Source: an uncultured Bacteroidaceae bacterium
GTDB taxonomy: Bacteria; Bacteroidota; Bacteroidia; Bacteroidales; GCA-2748055
Direction: 5' to 3'
Assembly: GCA_964595055.1 (NCBI GenBank)
Contig: CAZQOV010000001.1
Location: 1,360-65,359, forward strand
DNA: 64,000 nucleotides
Both the position numbers and the translations under genes were made by a program. Shown here one piece after another: positions 1 to 9,822 of this stretch (the stretch's first letter is position 1; the number at the start of each line of letters is the position of its first letter). Below the pieces are notes generated by a model. The model searched no databases and had not been told where the DNA came from. It saw only the letters and a list, made by a program, of their open reading frames with translations.

Positions 1-1851
1 TTCTTCCGTTACCTTCATTTTCCAGTGCGTGATCAAAAGTCCAGTCACTTTTAAAATTAATCATGGAGTAAGCCGTCCCATCCACAACAGGCACATCGTA
101 GAGTTTCTGGTAATAGGGTTCCACCTTCAGCCGGAGATTGGAATTGATTTTAAGGTCGTATCCAAAAACAAAATGGTGTGCTCCCATCCGATCCAGGCCT
201 TTATTGGGTCTGTGAATTTCGCCGGTAGCCTGGTTTTCAACCGAAACGAAATAAATAAACAGAGGCTCAATCTGGCTATGATTACCGTAACCAACACTGA
301 ATCTGTGCCGGACACGGATCTGCCAGCCTGCTGAAATACGTGGTTCTATACGTAATTCATCGTTCATCTCAAACCATGAGGCATTGAGTCCTGCACTCAG
401 CGATAATCCCGGAGCCGGTTTATAGTTTCCCTGTACAAAACCATCAATTAACAGGCTATTGCCCTTGCCATCCAATATTTCGTTCAGCTCACCCATCTGA
501 TAATCCCTGGCATCCCCTGTAAGTTCGTAAAAATGATTCTCTGCATCCAGACCTGCTTTTAAACTTAATCGGGAACCGGGTACATGAGTGATAACCGATG
601 ATGCGGTAAACGCTCCCTTAATCCTGTCAATGTTATAAAGAGGTATTAATTCTCCCGGAGAAGTTTCGAATAATCTTGATTTCTGATGGTAGCTGTGCTG
701 ACCAGCATTCAACGCCAGGGTTGATTTAATGTAGGTATTTGAAGTCAGGCTTTTAGAATGTCTGATCCCTCCTACGCCCATATTGTAATGAAAATTCATC
801 TTCACGCGGCTCTCAGGGTAGATCCATTCCTCTATTTTATCTGTTCCTTCCATTTTACTTGTACTTAAACCTCCTATTCCCCAGATCGAGAAATTCCCTA
901 ACTTTTCATCTGAAAAATGGACCTTGAAAGAAAGATCCTGGTAAACCGGCACTTCATCCGAACCTTCCAATTCAGGGAGGAGAGGAAAGATCAAAGCCAT
1001 GGTGGAGTAACGATAATTAAAGAGATAGGATGCATCATTTCCCGTAGCCAGGGGACCTTCAGCGGCCGCTTCGATTCCCTGAACGCCGATCTGGAATCCA
1101 TATTCATGTTTCCGGTTATTTCCATTCCTTAGTTTCATATCAAACACTCCGGCTGTGGCATTTCCGAATTCCGCCGGGAAAGCTCCGGTATAAAAATCAG
1201 AATTGGCAAGAATTCTGCTGCTGAAGATCGTTAATCCTCCCCCACCGGCTACATTGGCACCGGAAAAATGACTGGGAACGGGTATATCCACACCCTCGAA
1301 ACGCCATAGCAATCCTTTAGGTGCATTCCCCCTTACCACAATAGCGTTAACACTGGCTCCCATGCCTGTTACCCCGGCAAAATTACTTGCCATTCTGCCT
1401 GGATCGTCAAGGGCACCTGCGTAACGACCGGCTTCTTCAACGGAGAAAGTACGTGCACTTATATTTGCCATGCTATTTATAGGACGGTCCTTTCGGATTT
1501 CCGGTCGAACAGTTACCTCTTTTATCTCTGAAACAGAAGGTTCCATTTTAATGGTGAGAACCACTTCCCTACCCGACCCAACAAGTAATTCAGGTATAAT
1601 CACACTTTCATAACCAATAAAACTGACCTGTAATTGATATCGGCCAACAGGGATGGATTCCAGGATAAATCTTCCATCACTGTTGGTAATAGTGCCATTA
1701 TTCATTTCTACAAGAACTACATTCGCTCCGAAAAGCTTTTCCCTGGTGCTGGCATCAATCACTTCACCCCTGATGGTCTGAACGGGCTGCTGTGCCGGTA
1801 AAAAATAAGAACTACAAAAAAAGAAAAAAAAGAAAAAAATTGCCTGTCTCA
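1..1851 (-). CDS. TonB-dependent outer-membrane receptor with N-terminal carboxypeptidase-regulatory-like domain (partial; C-terminus lies beyond window start)
   Basis: Edge-truncated ORF absent from the track. My minus-strand translation from the ATG at 1851..1849 gives MRQAIFFFFFFFCSSYFLPAQQPVQTIRGEVIDASTREKLFGANVVLVEMNNGTITNSDGRFILESIPVGRYQLQVSFIGYESV (CarboxypepD_reg-like). A plug-like segment follows (ARTFSVEEAGRYAGALDDPGRMASNFAGV...VVRGNAPKGLLWRFEGVDIP) and the frame stays open to position 1. Confidence 0.85.
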
Positions 1852-2167
1852 TAATAAAATATTTTAGACGATTAATTTTTTCTTTTTTAGGCGGGTTAAA
1901 AAGCTATCAAATTTTGAGCCAGAATATCCAAGAAATATTCTAAATAGATTTCAGGATCAGGTTTCCATTTTCCTGCCTACTTCTCCTCCTCGCCCACACT
2001 TTGCTTCCTGATACTTTCCTCAATCTTTTCCGAATTCCTTAAGTCGGTCACTCGAAGATTTTATCCTTTCTATTTCTTCCTCATCTTTTATCTTTTTGAG
2101 CTCATCTTTCAATTGTGTTTTTTCTTTTTCTATTTTTTGAAGAAAATCTTTTTTCTTTTCCAGTTGC

Positions 2168-2524
2168 TCAGTTTATATGGGGGATAATTCCTGTTGAATT
2201 GGTGAAGTTGATATGAAATATGTGTAAACCGGTAAAAAAATCCATACCAATTCCCAGGTGATTATGAAAATCTCCTTCTTTCATTCTGTGGTTCAGAAAA
2301 TATGAATAATCGAGTCTGATACTGAATAATTCCGAAAAATAATAAACTCCTTCTGTGTTAATTGCGAAGAGATCCTTATCCCCATCAAAAACTGCCCATT
2401 TGCACCTGACATAAGCAGGAGATATCTGCAATGACAGATCCTCGAAGAATCTCCGGCAAGAATGGGGCAGGCTTTGATCCCGAACATTCTGAAACAGACT
2501 CTCGACTATATTGACAAACTTCAA
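2168..2524 (-). CDS. hypothetical protein (118 aa), possibly a decayed remnant
   Basis: ORF from the track only, with no motif I recognise. A start-less K/E-rich coiled-coil reading frame follows in another frame (see findings). Confidence 0.3.
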   Translation of the reverse strand: MKFVNIVESLFQNVRDQSLPHSCRRFFEDLSLQISPAYVRCKWAVFDGDKDLFAINTEGVYYFSELFSIRLDYSYFLNHRMKEGDFHNHLGIGMDFFTGLHIFHINFTNSTGIIPHIN

Positions 2525-2562
2525 TTAGAACGATAAACAGTCGGAAGCCTTACAAAAAAATA

Positions 2563-3471
2563 TCATTTCCATTCATAGGGAGTAACCTGATAAACATAAT
2601 AATTAAGCCAGTTGGAAAAAAGAAGATTGGCATGGGCTCTCCAGCGGATAACCGGGGGGTTTGATGGATTATTACCAGGAAAATAATTCTCAGGTACATC
2701 AATATTCAGACCTTTGGCAACATCCCTCTCATATTCATTTTTAAGTGTTAGAGGATTATACTCAAGATGACCGGAAATGAAAATCTGACGGTTATCCTTA
2801 GAAATCACAATATTGGAACCAACTTTCTCCGACCAGGCAATTAGAGACAGGTCAGGATGTTCCTTGATATCATCCAGTCTATTCTCGGTATACCTTGAAT
2901 GAGGAGCAGGAAATACATCATCAAATCCCCTTACAAGTGGAACTTTTCTGTCCGTTATAAAATGGTCGAAAACACCAAACACCTTTTTCGGAAGGGGGTA
3001 TTTTTGAAGCCCATAATGATGAAAAAGTCCTGCCTGGGCTCCCCAGCAAATGTGGAGAGTATTGGTAACATTGGTTTTGCTCCAGTCCATTACTTCACAA
3101 AGTTTATGCCAGTAATCCACCTCCTCAAAAGGCAGCAATTCAACCGGTGCTCCGGTAATTATTAGTCCATCATATCTTTTATGGGAAATTTCGTGAAAAG
3201 TTTTATAAAAGACCTCCATATGCTCCCTGGGAGTGTTTTTTGACTCATGCTCATCCATGTATATAAGATCGAGTTCAACCTGTAGGGAAGTATTGGATAA
3301 ATTCCGGAGAAGATCCGTCTCAGCGACTTGTTTAATGGGCATAAGATTGAGCATCGCCAATCTTAATGGACGTATATCCTGATGTATCGCTCTGGATTCT
3401 TCCATTATAAAAATATTCTCATCTCTCAGTTCTTTAATGGCAGGAAGATTATTGGGAACATTTATTGGCAT
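2563..3471 (-). CDS. metA: homoserine O-acyltransferase (MetA family)
   Basis: 302-aa [58 protein letters not shown] resembles MetA homoserine O-succinyl/acetyltransferases over the whole length. Confidence 0.92.
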   Translation of the reverse strand: MPINVPNNLPAIKELRDENIFIMEESRAIHQDIRPLRLAMLNLMPIKQVAETDLLRNLSNTSLQVELDLIYMDEHESKNTPREHMEVFYKTFHEISHKRYDGLIITGAPVELLPFEEVDYWHKLCEVMDWSKTNVTNTLHICWGAQAGLFHHYGLQKYPLPKKVFGVFDHFITDRKVPLVRGFDDVFPAPHSRYTENRLDDIKEHPDLSLIAWSEKVGSNIVISKDNRQIFISGHLEYNPLTLKNEYERDVAKGLNIDVPENYFPGNNPSNPPVIRWRAHANLLFSNWLNYYVYQVTPYEWK

Positions 3472-4132
3472 AATTCATTAAATTTAAATTAGTCAAAAAA
3501 ACAAAATCTGGAGGAATAATTAAAGTATTTAACATTTCCTTTAGGTTTTAGTTTAAATACTTTTTGCAAGAAAAGACTCAATGCAAGGATCTCATCACTT
3601 CATATACTATTTAAGAACCTTAGAATTTACAGCTTAAAAACCTTCAGGTTCGAGGTCTTCTTAACCAAGACGCCATAAAGTGAATATCTTGCAAATCATA
3701 TGTTGATCTTTGTTCACTGCGAAAAAAACCCTTATACTTATCTTCGAGTTTATGAATGACCACTTTATCTGCTAAAATGATTTATTGGTTTCATATCATT
3801 AAAATCCTTATTTTAGGAAGTGACCAATATCTGATCTTAGGAATAAAACAGCCAGGCACAGAAACTTTTTTTATATAATTACCCTCATTTTAATTAATTG
3901 CTGTATTATTCTGGAAAATATCCCGAAGGTTTAACCAAAAAAAAATTCAGGGAAGTGATTCTTGAATTCTTAAAAACTGGATAAGGACAAATTTGCCGCA
4001 ATATAAACATATGAGCAAATTTTAACACCTGATTTACAAATACCCTGAAATGATACCACAAATAATACTTATTCCTAAATAGGTTTATATGGTATAGCGA
4101 AATATTATGGTTTTTCGACTTCAATGGATAAT

Positions 4133-4162
4133 TTCGATCTAAAAATGTTGAATTAGATCGAA
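4133..4162. promoter_or_regulatory. perfect 9-bp inverted repeat (TTCGATCTA-N12-TAGATCGAA) about 175 nt upstream of the 4338 gene
   Basis: Read directly from the sequence. Function is unknown; it could be an operator or an RNA hairpin. Confidence 0.3.
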
Positions 4163-4337
4163 TACCTGCAGCCTTAGGCTTACATCATCTTAATGGATGA
4201 AGCGGAAGCTTTGATTCCCTACCAAAGAAACCGCCGCCCGATTTGGATGATACTTTAATTATTGGACTAGATTTTTAAGAACATATTTACACGATTCACT
4301 TTCACACGGAATTACACCATATTTGTAATTAAAAAAC

Positions 4338-6116
4338 ATGGCCAGAACCTTTATTGAAAAAATTCTTGGAGCAAAAGAAGGAAACATGGTTTTTCGAGAA
4401 CCCGATCTGGTTTTAACTCATGATAATACGGCCAGTATCCTGAAAACCTTCGATAAGATGAATGGCAAAAACATTTATGATCCCGACAAATTGCTCATTG
4501 TTCTGGATCATAATGCCCCACCTAACAGCGCGAAACTCGCCAATGACTACCAGGCAATCAGAGATTTTGTTAACAGGGAAGGAATAAAAAAATTTTATGA
4601 TGCGGGGAAAGGAATTTGTCATCAAATCATGTCATATCATGCAAAGCCCGGGATGATAATTGTTGGAAGCGATAGCCATACCTGTACGGCTGGTGCTTTC
4701 AATGTCCTGGCAGCTGGAATTGACCGTACCGAAGCAGCAGGATTATGGAAAACTGGCGAAACCTGGTTTCGTGTTCCCCCTTCAATAAAAATAACCCTCA
4801 ACGGGAAACTAAAACCAGGTGTATATGCAAAGGACATTTCACTGTGGATTATCGGCATGATTGGCTCAGCAGGAGCTAATTACACGGCTATTGAATTTCA
4901 TGGAGAAGGATTGAAGAATCTTAGCATTTCCGATAGGATGACACTTGCCAATCTTGCATCAGAAATGGGTGCCAAGAACGCGGTTTTTCCTGCAGATGAG
5001 GTTCTGAAAGAGTTTTTCGGAGAAAACCAGCTTGAGAATGCAATCTGGGCTGATCCCGATGCAAACTATGAAAGAGAAATAACCATAGACCTCGAAGATG
5101 TTTATCCATTGGTAGCCGTTCCACATCATGTGGATAATATCAAATCTGTTCCGGAGGTTGAGGGCATTTCCGTTCAGCAGGGTTTGATCGGCACCTGCAC
5201 TAACGGAAGAATTGAAGATATCAGGGTAGCAGCTGAAATTTTAAAAGAATACAGGGTAAAACCTGGATTTCAATTACTAATTATTCCTGCCTCAAAAGAA
5301 ATTTATTTGCAGGCAATAAAAGAAGGGTTGGTTGAATCTTTAATAGAATCAGGTGCAAATTTTCTAAGTGCCAGTTGTGGACCCTGTCTTGGCACGGGTC
5401 AGGGAATCCCGGCCGACGGTATGAATGTCATTTCAACGGCCAATAGAAATTTCATCGGAAGAATGGGAAATAAGAATGCTTCCATTTACCTTGCTTCACC
5501 GGCAACAGTTGCATGGAGTTCCATAAAAGGAAAGATCACTGATCCACGTCTCGATCCCTGTAAAGAAAAGTATCCATATGGCAGAAAAATTTCAGGAAAA
5601 GTTGAGGTTTCCATGGATGAAAATCGAAGAAAAAATGACGTCTGGGACTATTCTGATGCCGATAACATAAATACAGATCAGATGTTTGCGGGCAACTTGA
5701 CATATAATATTTTAAGTTCGGATGCTATGGCTATAGTACCTCATTTGTTCGAAGGTTTTGATCCAAACTTCAGCAAAAAGGCCAGAAAAGGTGATCTAAT
5801 TGTTGCCGGGCATAACTTCGGATGCGGAAGTTCACGTGAACATCCTGCGGTAGGACTTGCCTGTCTGGGGATTAGGGCTGTTATAGCAAAATCGGTGAAC
5901 AGGATTTTTTTTAGATCTGCTATAAATCAGGGTTTACTTATTATTGTATGTCCGGAAGCAGTAGAAAGTTTTAAAGAAACTGGTATAATTAAGCTGGATC
6001 CAGAGAATAATCTGATAATAACAGGTGAAAGAAAATTTAGAATTCCTGCCCTGCCAGAAAAGCTCAATAAGATTCTAGAGAAAAAAGGGCTGGTGAATTA
6101 TATTCTCAATGCTTAA
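4338..6116 (+). CDS. aconitase-family hydro-lyase, fused large (LeuC/HacA-like) and small (LeuD-like swivel) subunits
   Basis: 592-aa ORF. It carries GSDSHTCTAG and the Fe-S Cys ligands in IGTCTNGRIEDI and SASCGPCLG. The C-terminal swivel-domain motif is GHNFGCGSSREHP. Confidence 0.85.
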   Translation: MARTFIEKILGAKEGNMVFREPDLVLTHDNTASILKTFDKMNGKNIYDPDKLLIVLDHNAPPNSAKLANDYQAIRDFVNREGIKKFYDAGKGICHQIMSYHAKPGMIIVGSDSHTCTAGAFNVLAAGIDRTEAAGLWKTGETWFRVPPSIKITLNGKLKPGVYAKDISLWIIGMIGSAGANYTAIEFHGEGLKNLSISDRMTLANLASEMGAKNAVFPADEVLKEFFGENQLENAIWADPDANYEREITIDLEDVYPLVAVPHHVDNIKSVPEVEGISVQQGLIGTCTNGRIEDIRVAAEILKEYRVKPGFQLLIIPASKEIYLQAIKEGLVESLIESGANFLSASCGPCLGTGQGIPADGMNVISTANRNFIGRMGNKNASIYLASPATVAWSSIKGKITDPRLDPCKEKYPYGRKISGKVEVSMDENRRKNDVWDYSDADNINTDQMFAGNLTYNILSSDAMAIVPHLFEGFDPNFSKKARKGDLIVAGHNFGCGSSREHPAVGLACLGIRAVIAKSVNRIFFRSAINQGLLIIVCPEAVESFKETGIIKLDPENNLIITGERKFRIPALPEKLNKILEKKGLVNYILNA

Positions 6117-6119
6117 CAA

Positions 6120-6767
6120 TTAATAATATGAGCCCAGACCAAGCCATTTTTCTATGTCCTCAAAATTCATTTCTGTATGGTGCATGCTCTTGAAGTTTCC
6201 TAAATTATCAAAATATCCTACAACTGCCTGGCAATCTATTGTAGCTGATTTCAAGGTCACACAGGACATATATGAAGACCATGGATATTTGATAGGATCA
6301 TCAACTATACGATGGTTTACAGGGTTATTATGTATATAAAGAACCAGATATTGGAAATATTCAATATCCTTGACTAATTTTCGTTTAAATCTATTTTCAA
6401 ACAAACTGCCTGTGCGGTCGTATTTTTTATTGAATGCTTTTGAATAGGCATTAAACATATTTGAAAAATATTGAAAAGGAGCTAAAACTGTCTTTTTTGC
6501 TGGCAGGTTTTTCATTTTTTCTTTTACCTCATCATAGTTTTTGATCTTCACTAAAAAATGAAAATGATTTTTCATCAGCACCCAGGCAAACGTATTTGCT
6601 ACAGGGTTAATGTATTTATCATACAGCCTGATAAAATGTTCATAATTCGCTTTCTCTTTAAAGAGACTACATTTGTCAATGCCGCGGTTATAGATATGAT
6701 ATGTGCATCCGAATTCTAGTGGTTCAAGGACTTGCATAGTGCTTTGATTTTGATTTTTTCTCCTCAA
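6120..6767 (-). CDS. IS200/IS605 TnpA-like HUH Y1 transposase of the REP-associated (RAYT) type
   Basis: HUH motif in KNHFHFLVK and catalytic-Tyr motif YLVLYIHNNPV. The track start at 6767 is TTG; the first ATG is at 6737 (MQVLEPLEFGCTYHIYNRG). No second transposon gene (tnpB) is present. Confidence 0.8.
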   Translation of the reverse strand: MRRKNQNQSTMQVLEPLEFGCTYHIYNRGIDKCSLFKEKANYEHFIRLYDKYINPVANTFAWVLMKNHFHFLVKIKNYDEVKEKMKNLPAKKTVLAPFQYFSNMFNAYSKAFNKKYDRTGSLFENRFKRKLVKDIEYFQYLVLYIHNNPVNHRIVDDPIKYPWSSYMSCVTLKSATIDCQAVVGYFDNLGNFKSMHHTEMNFEDIEKWLGLGSYY

Positions 6768-6769
6768 TA

Positions 6770-6797
6770 ACCTTCGAGGTTTTAAGACCTCGAAGGT
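6770..6797. repeat. perfect 11-bp stem / 6-nt loop hairpin (ACCTTCGAGGT-TTTAAG-ACCTCGAAGGT), candidate REP-like element next to the RAYT gene
   Basis: Read directly from the sequence. It lies 3 nt from the TTG start and 33 nt from the ATG start of the transposase gene. Confidence 0.6.
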
Positions 6798-6838
6798 CTT
6801 CTAAGATAAAGTCCAGCACTGCAACGACATTGCAGTCC

Positions 6839-6898
6839 AAAAAAAAAATCCCAGCCTCTTCTGAATCACTCTAAAATCAATGGATTAGGGAAGACTGG
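6839..6898 (-). terminator. possible intrinsic terminator of asnA
   Basis: The minus strand reads CCAGUCUUC..(about 28-nt loop)..GAAGAGGCUGG followed by GA and U10. The stem is imperfect and the loop is long. Confidence 0.4.
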
Positions 6899-6922
6899 AA
6901 TAGCAAAAAAAACATTCCAAAC

Positions 6923-7957
6923 TTAAATAAGAAAAATCCCGGATTTTTTGCAGTGATCGACCATCTCGCCCGGCCAAATACTGCTCTGTATTTCTCCAAT
7001 GTGAGCTTTGCGCAATAAAAACATACATAAACGAGATTGACCGATACCACCCCCAATGGATTCCGGAAGATCACCGTTAAGAAGCCGGCGGTGAAAAAGT
7101 AATTCAGCACGCTCCTCGGCGCCCTTAATTTTTAGCTGACGATCTAAGGCATGCTTATCTACCCTGATGCCCATGGAAGAAAGTTCGAAAGCCATCTCAA
7201 GAACAGGATTCCAAACAATAATGTCTCCATTTAATCCGATATAATTTTCAGCATTAGGGGTTGACCAGTCATCATAATCGGGAGCTCTCCCATCATGGGG
7301 TTGACCATTAGTTAGATCACCACCAATTCCAATAATAAAAACCGCTCCATATTCCCTCGCTATTTCATCTTCTCTTTCCTTGGGCGTTAAATCAGGATAC
7401 CGTTTCAACAGTTCTTCCGCATGAATAAAATGTATCTCTCCCGGAAGAGAAGGCTCTATCTGAGGATAGTATTCATAAATAAGGAACTCTGTTCGTTTTA
7501 TGGTCTCATAAATCCTTGCTACTACATTTTTCAGAAAACTAAGATTTCTGTCGTGCTCACTTATGGCAACCTCCCAATCCCATTGGTCTACATAAATGCT
7601 ATGGGTATTGTCCAATTCTTCATCTGGTCGCAAAGCGTTCATATCAGTATAAATCCCATAACCTGTCCGGATGTCATAATCCCTGAGCATCATTCGTTTC
7701 CATTTGGCAAGTGAATGTACTACTTCTGCTACCTTTTCATTCATGTCCTTTATGGCAAAAGATACAGGACGTTCAATGCCGTTAAGATCATCATTTATAC
7801 CGGTGCCCCTTAAAACAAATAAGGGTGCTGTAACACGCCTTAGCCTGAGCTCAGAGGCTAAGGCCAGTTCAAAATTATCTTTTACAAGTTTAATAGCCTT
7901 CTCCGTTTGTTTTAAATCAAGAAGTGTTTTGTATCCCTCGGGAATGATAAGCTTCAT
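6923..7957 (-). CDS. asnA: aspartate--ammonia ligase (asparagine synthetase A)
   Basis: 344-aa ORF. MKLIIPEGYKTLLDLKQTEKAIKLVKDNFE..RVTAPLFV..DDLNGIERPVSF.. resembles AsnA along the full length. Confidence 0.93.
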   Translation of the reverse strand: MKLIIPEGYKTLLDLKQTEKAIKLVKDNFELALASELRLRRVTAPLFVLRGTGINDDLNGIERPVSFAIKDMNEKVAEVVHSLAKWKRMMLRDYDIRTGYGIYTDMNALRPDEELDNTHSIYVDQWDWEVAISEHDRNLSFLKNVVARIYETIKRTEFLIYEYYPQIEPSLPGEIHFIHAEELLKRYPDLTPKEREDEIAREYGAVFIIGIGGDLTNGQPHDGRAPDYDDWSTPNAENYIGLNGDIIVWNPVLEMAFELSSMGIRVDKHALDRQLKIKGAEERAELLFHRRLLNGDLPESIGGGIGQSRLCMFLLRKAHIGEIQSSIWPGEMVDHCKKSGIFLI

Positions 7958-7987
7958 ACATTATAATTTTTCGGATTCGTGAATTTT

Positions 7988-9799
7988 TCAGAATAATCCG
8001 CCATTCATATAAATTTCCATTTGAACTTCTGAAAATTCTAAAGCGTTTATGCGGATTTTCTTTGCTAAATTAATAATTTCTCCGGTTTTTAAATCAATTT
8101 TTACCTTTTCTCCGGTTTTTAATTTTAATTTATCAATTTCATGGCAAGTTATTACAGGTAGAGCGGCATTAATAGCATTCCGTTCATAGATAGAACCAAA
8201 AGATGGTGCGACAATCGCAGTTATCCCCAATGATTTAAAACAATCTACGGCCTGTTGCCGGGAACTTCCGGCTCCAAAATTTTCACCGACAAATATGATA
8301 TCTCCCTCTTTTGCTTTCAGGGCGAAATCTTCATAGCCATTGAGATTATCAAAAGTATATTTACCCATTTCACCAGTATCTGTAAGGGTTAGATATTGAT
8401 TATGAAAAATCATATCGGTATCAATGTTATTTATTGGGATATACCAGGCCCTTCCTTCAATTTCTGTAAAAGCTTCTTCTTTCTTTTCAATCTCCTTGCT
8501 TCTCCGGCCGTCATTTTTACCGGGAATCTCAAAAGAAAATATCATCGGTTCATCCGGAATATTTTCAGGAGTTGTAATATAACCTGCTACTGCCGACGCA
8601 GCAGCTACTGCCGGGGAACCAAGGTAAACCTCGCCTTTCCCCTGTTTGCCGGGAAAATTCCTGTTCCCGGTACTTATGGTTACTTCCCCCGGGCCATTCT
8701 GACCTACCTGTCCGGCAGCACAACCGGCACAACCGGCATTTGAAATCATAGCTCCCGATTCTTTAAAAATATCAAATAAGCCTTCATCGAGGCATCTTTG
8801 CCAAACCAGGTCGGTTGAGGGGACTACTTTGAGAACAACGCCGGGTGCTACTCTTCTGTCTTTTAAAACATCAGCCGCAACTCTCATATCTTCAATCCTT
8901 CCATTGGTGCATGAACCAATAAAAGCAGAGTCAATTTTAATTTTGCCCAACGATTCTATGGCAACCGTATCGTGGGGTTTACCCGGCCGGGCAACCATAA
9001 GCTTAAATTCTGAAGCATCTATCTTGAAGGTTTGGGCATAGTGAGCATCAGGGTCGGCCTGAATCATCGGCATCTGCCTTCCTGAGCGTGCCTGGCAATA
9101 TCTAAGCACTTCGCGGTTAGGTGGAAATAATAAAATAATTGCCCCCATTTCAGTAGCCATAGAAGATATGGTTATTCGGTCATCAATGCTAAGATTTTCC
9201 GTGGCTTCTCCATAAATCTCTATGGATTTTCCCAGTAAAGTATTAGCGCCGAAACGATTCAGAAGATTCATGGCAAAATCCTTTGCCGAAATTCCTTCAG
9301 GGAAATTTCCCTTTATGATGATTTTAACCGATTCCGGAACTTTAAACCAGATCTTTCCTTTACTCCATGTCGCTGCAATGTCTTTATCCCCCATCCCCTG
9401 ACCGAAAGCGCAAACGGCTCCTAAAATATTCGCATGAGAATCGGTAGAAACAGCAGTAGAGCCGGGATAAGCAAGACCTTCCTCTATAAGTATGTGAGTT
9501 CCGATACCCCGGTCAATATCATAAACCTTTATTCCGGTTTTTCGAGCAAATATCCGGCATATGTGTTGATTCTCTGCATATTTCTGATCAGACCCTGTAG
9601 GATTACAATCAAAAGTAAAAAATGTGTTTACCGGATCATCGATTTTAAGTTCATGATCTTCTATATTTTTTACAACATTCGCACCCCCAAAATCTCTAGC
9701 CACCCTTGCATCGATTTTAACATCCAAAATATCACCAGGTTTTAGATTTATTTTATCCGAATGCTCTGCTAATATTTTTTCAACCAGAGTATGTCCCAT
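7988..9799 (-). CDS. aconitase-family hydro-lyase, fused large and small subunits (paralog of 4338..6116)
   Basis: It carries STDSHANILG, IGSCTNGRIEDM, NAGCAGCAAG and the swivel motif GENFGAGSSRQQA. I set the start to the ATG at 9799 because MGHTLVEKIL aligns with MARTFIEKIL of the paralog. The track ORF extends to 9844 and runs across a -7 promoter box. Confidence 0.85.
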   Translation of the reverse strand: MGHTLVEKILAEHSDKINLKPGDILDVKIDARVARDFGGANVVKNIEDHELKIDDPVNTFFTFDCNPTGSDQKYAENQHICRIFARKTGIKVYDIDRGIGTHILIEEGLAYPGSTAVSTDSHANILGAVCAFGQGMGDKDIAATWSKGKIWFKVPESVKIIIKGNFPEGISAKDFAMNLLNRFGANTLLGKSIEIYGEATENLSIDDRITISSMATEMGAIILLFPPNREVLRYCQARSGRQMPMIQADPDAHYAQTFKIDASEFKLMVARPGKPHDTVAIESLGKIKIDSAFIGSCTNGRIEDMRVAADVLKDRRVAPGVVLKVVPSTDLVWQRCLDEGLFDIFKESGAMISNAGCAGCAAGQVGQNGPGEVTISTGNRNFPGKQGKGEVYLGSPAVAAASAVAGYITTPENIPDEPMIFSFEIPGKNDGRRSKEIEKKEEAFTEIEGRAWYIPINNIDTDMIFHNQYLTLTDTGEMGKYTFDNLNGYEDFALKAKEGDIIFVGENFGAGSSRQQAVDCFKSLGITAIVAPSFGSIYERNAINAALPVITCHEIDKLKLKTGEKVKIDLKTGEIINLAKKIRINALEFSEVQMEIYMNGGLF

Positions 9800-9814
9800 A
9801 GGTATTTTTTCTTT

Positions 9815-9822
9815 CAAAAATA
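9815..9822 (-). promoter_or_regulatory. Bacteroidota -7 promoter box TAnnTTTG (TATTTTTG)
   Basis: Exact match to the TAnnTTTG consensus, 15 nt upstream of the ATG at 9799. Confidence 0.45.

Noticed and set aside
29-1132. Short ORFs 29..334 (+), 127..315 (-) and 917..1132 (+)
   Set aside because: They lie inside or antisense to the edge-truncated TonB-dependent receptor gene, whose frame is open across the whole interval.
3636-3670. tRNA-like T-arm word GGTTCGAGG
   Set aside because: No complementary T-stem, acceptor stem or anticodon arm can be drawn around it.
6808-6838. RNase P RNA-like word AAAGTCC
   Set aside because: Only a 7-nt coincidence. The rest of the conserved P4/CR-I context is absent.
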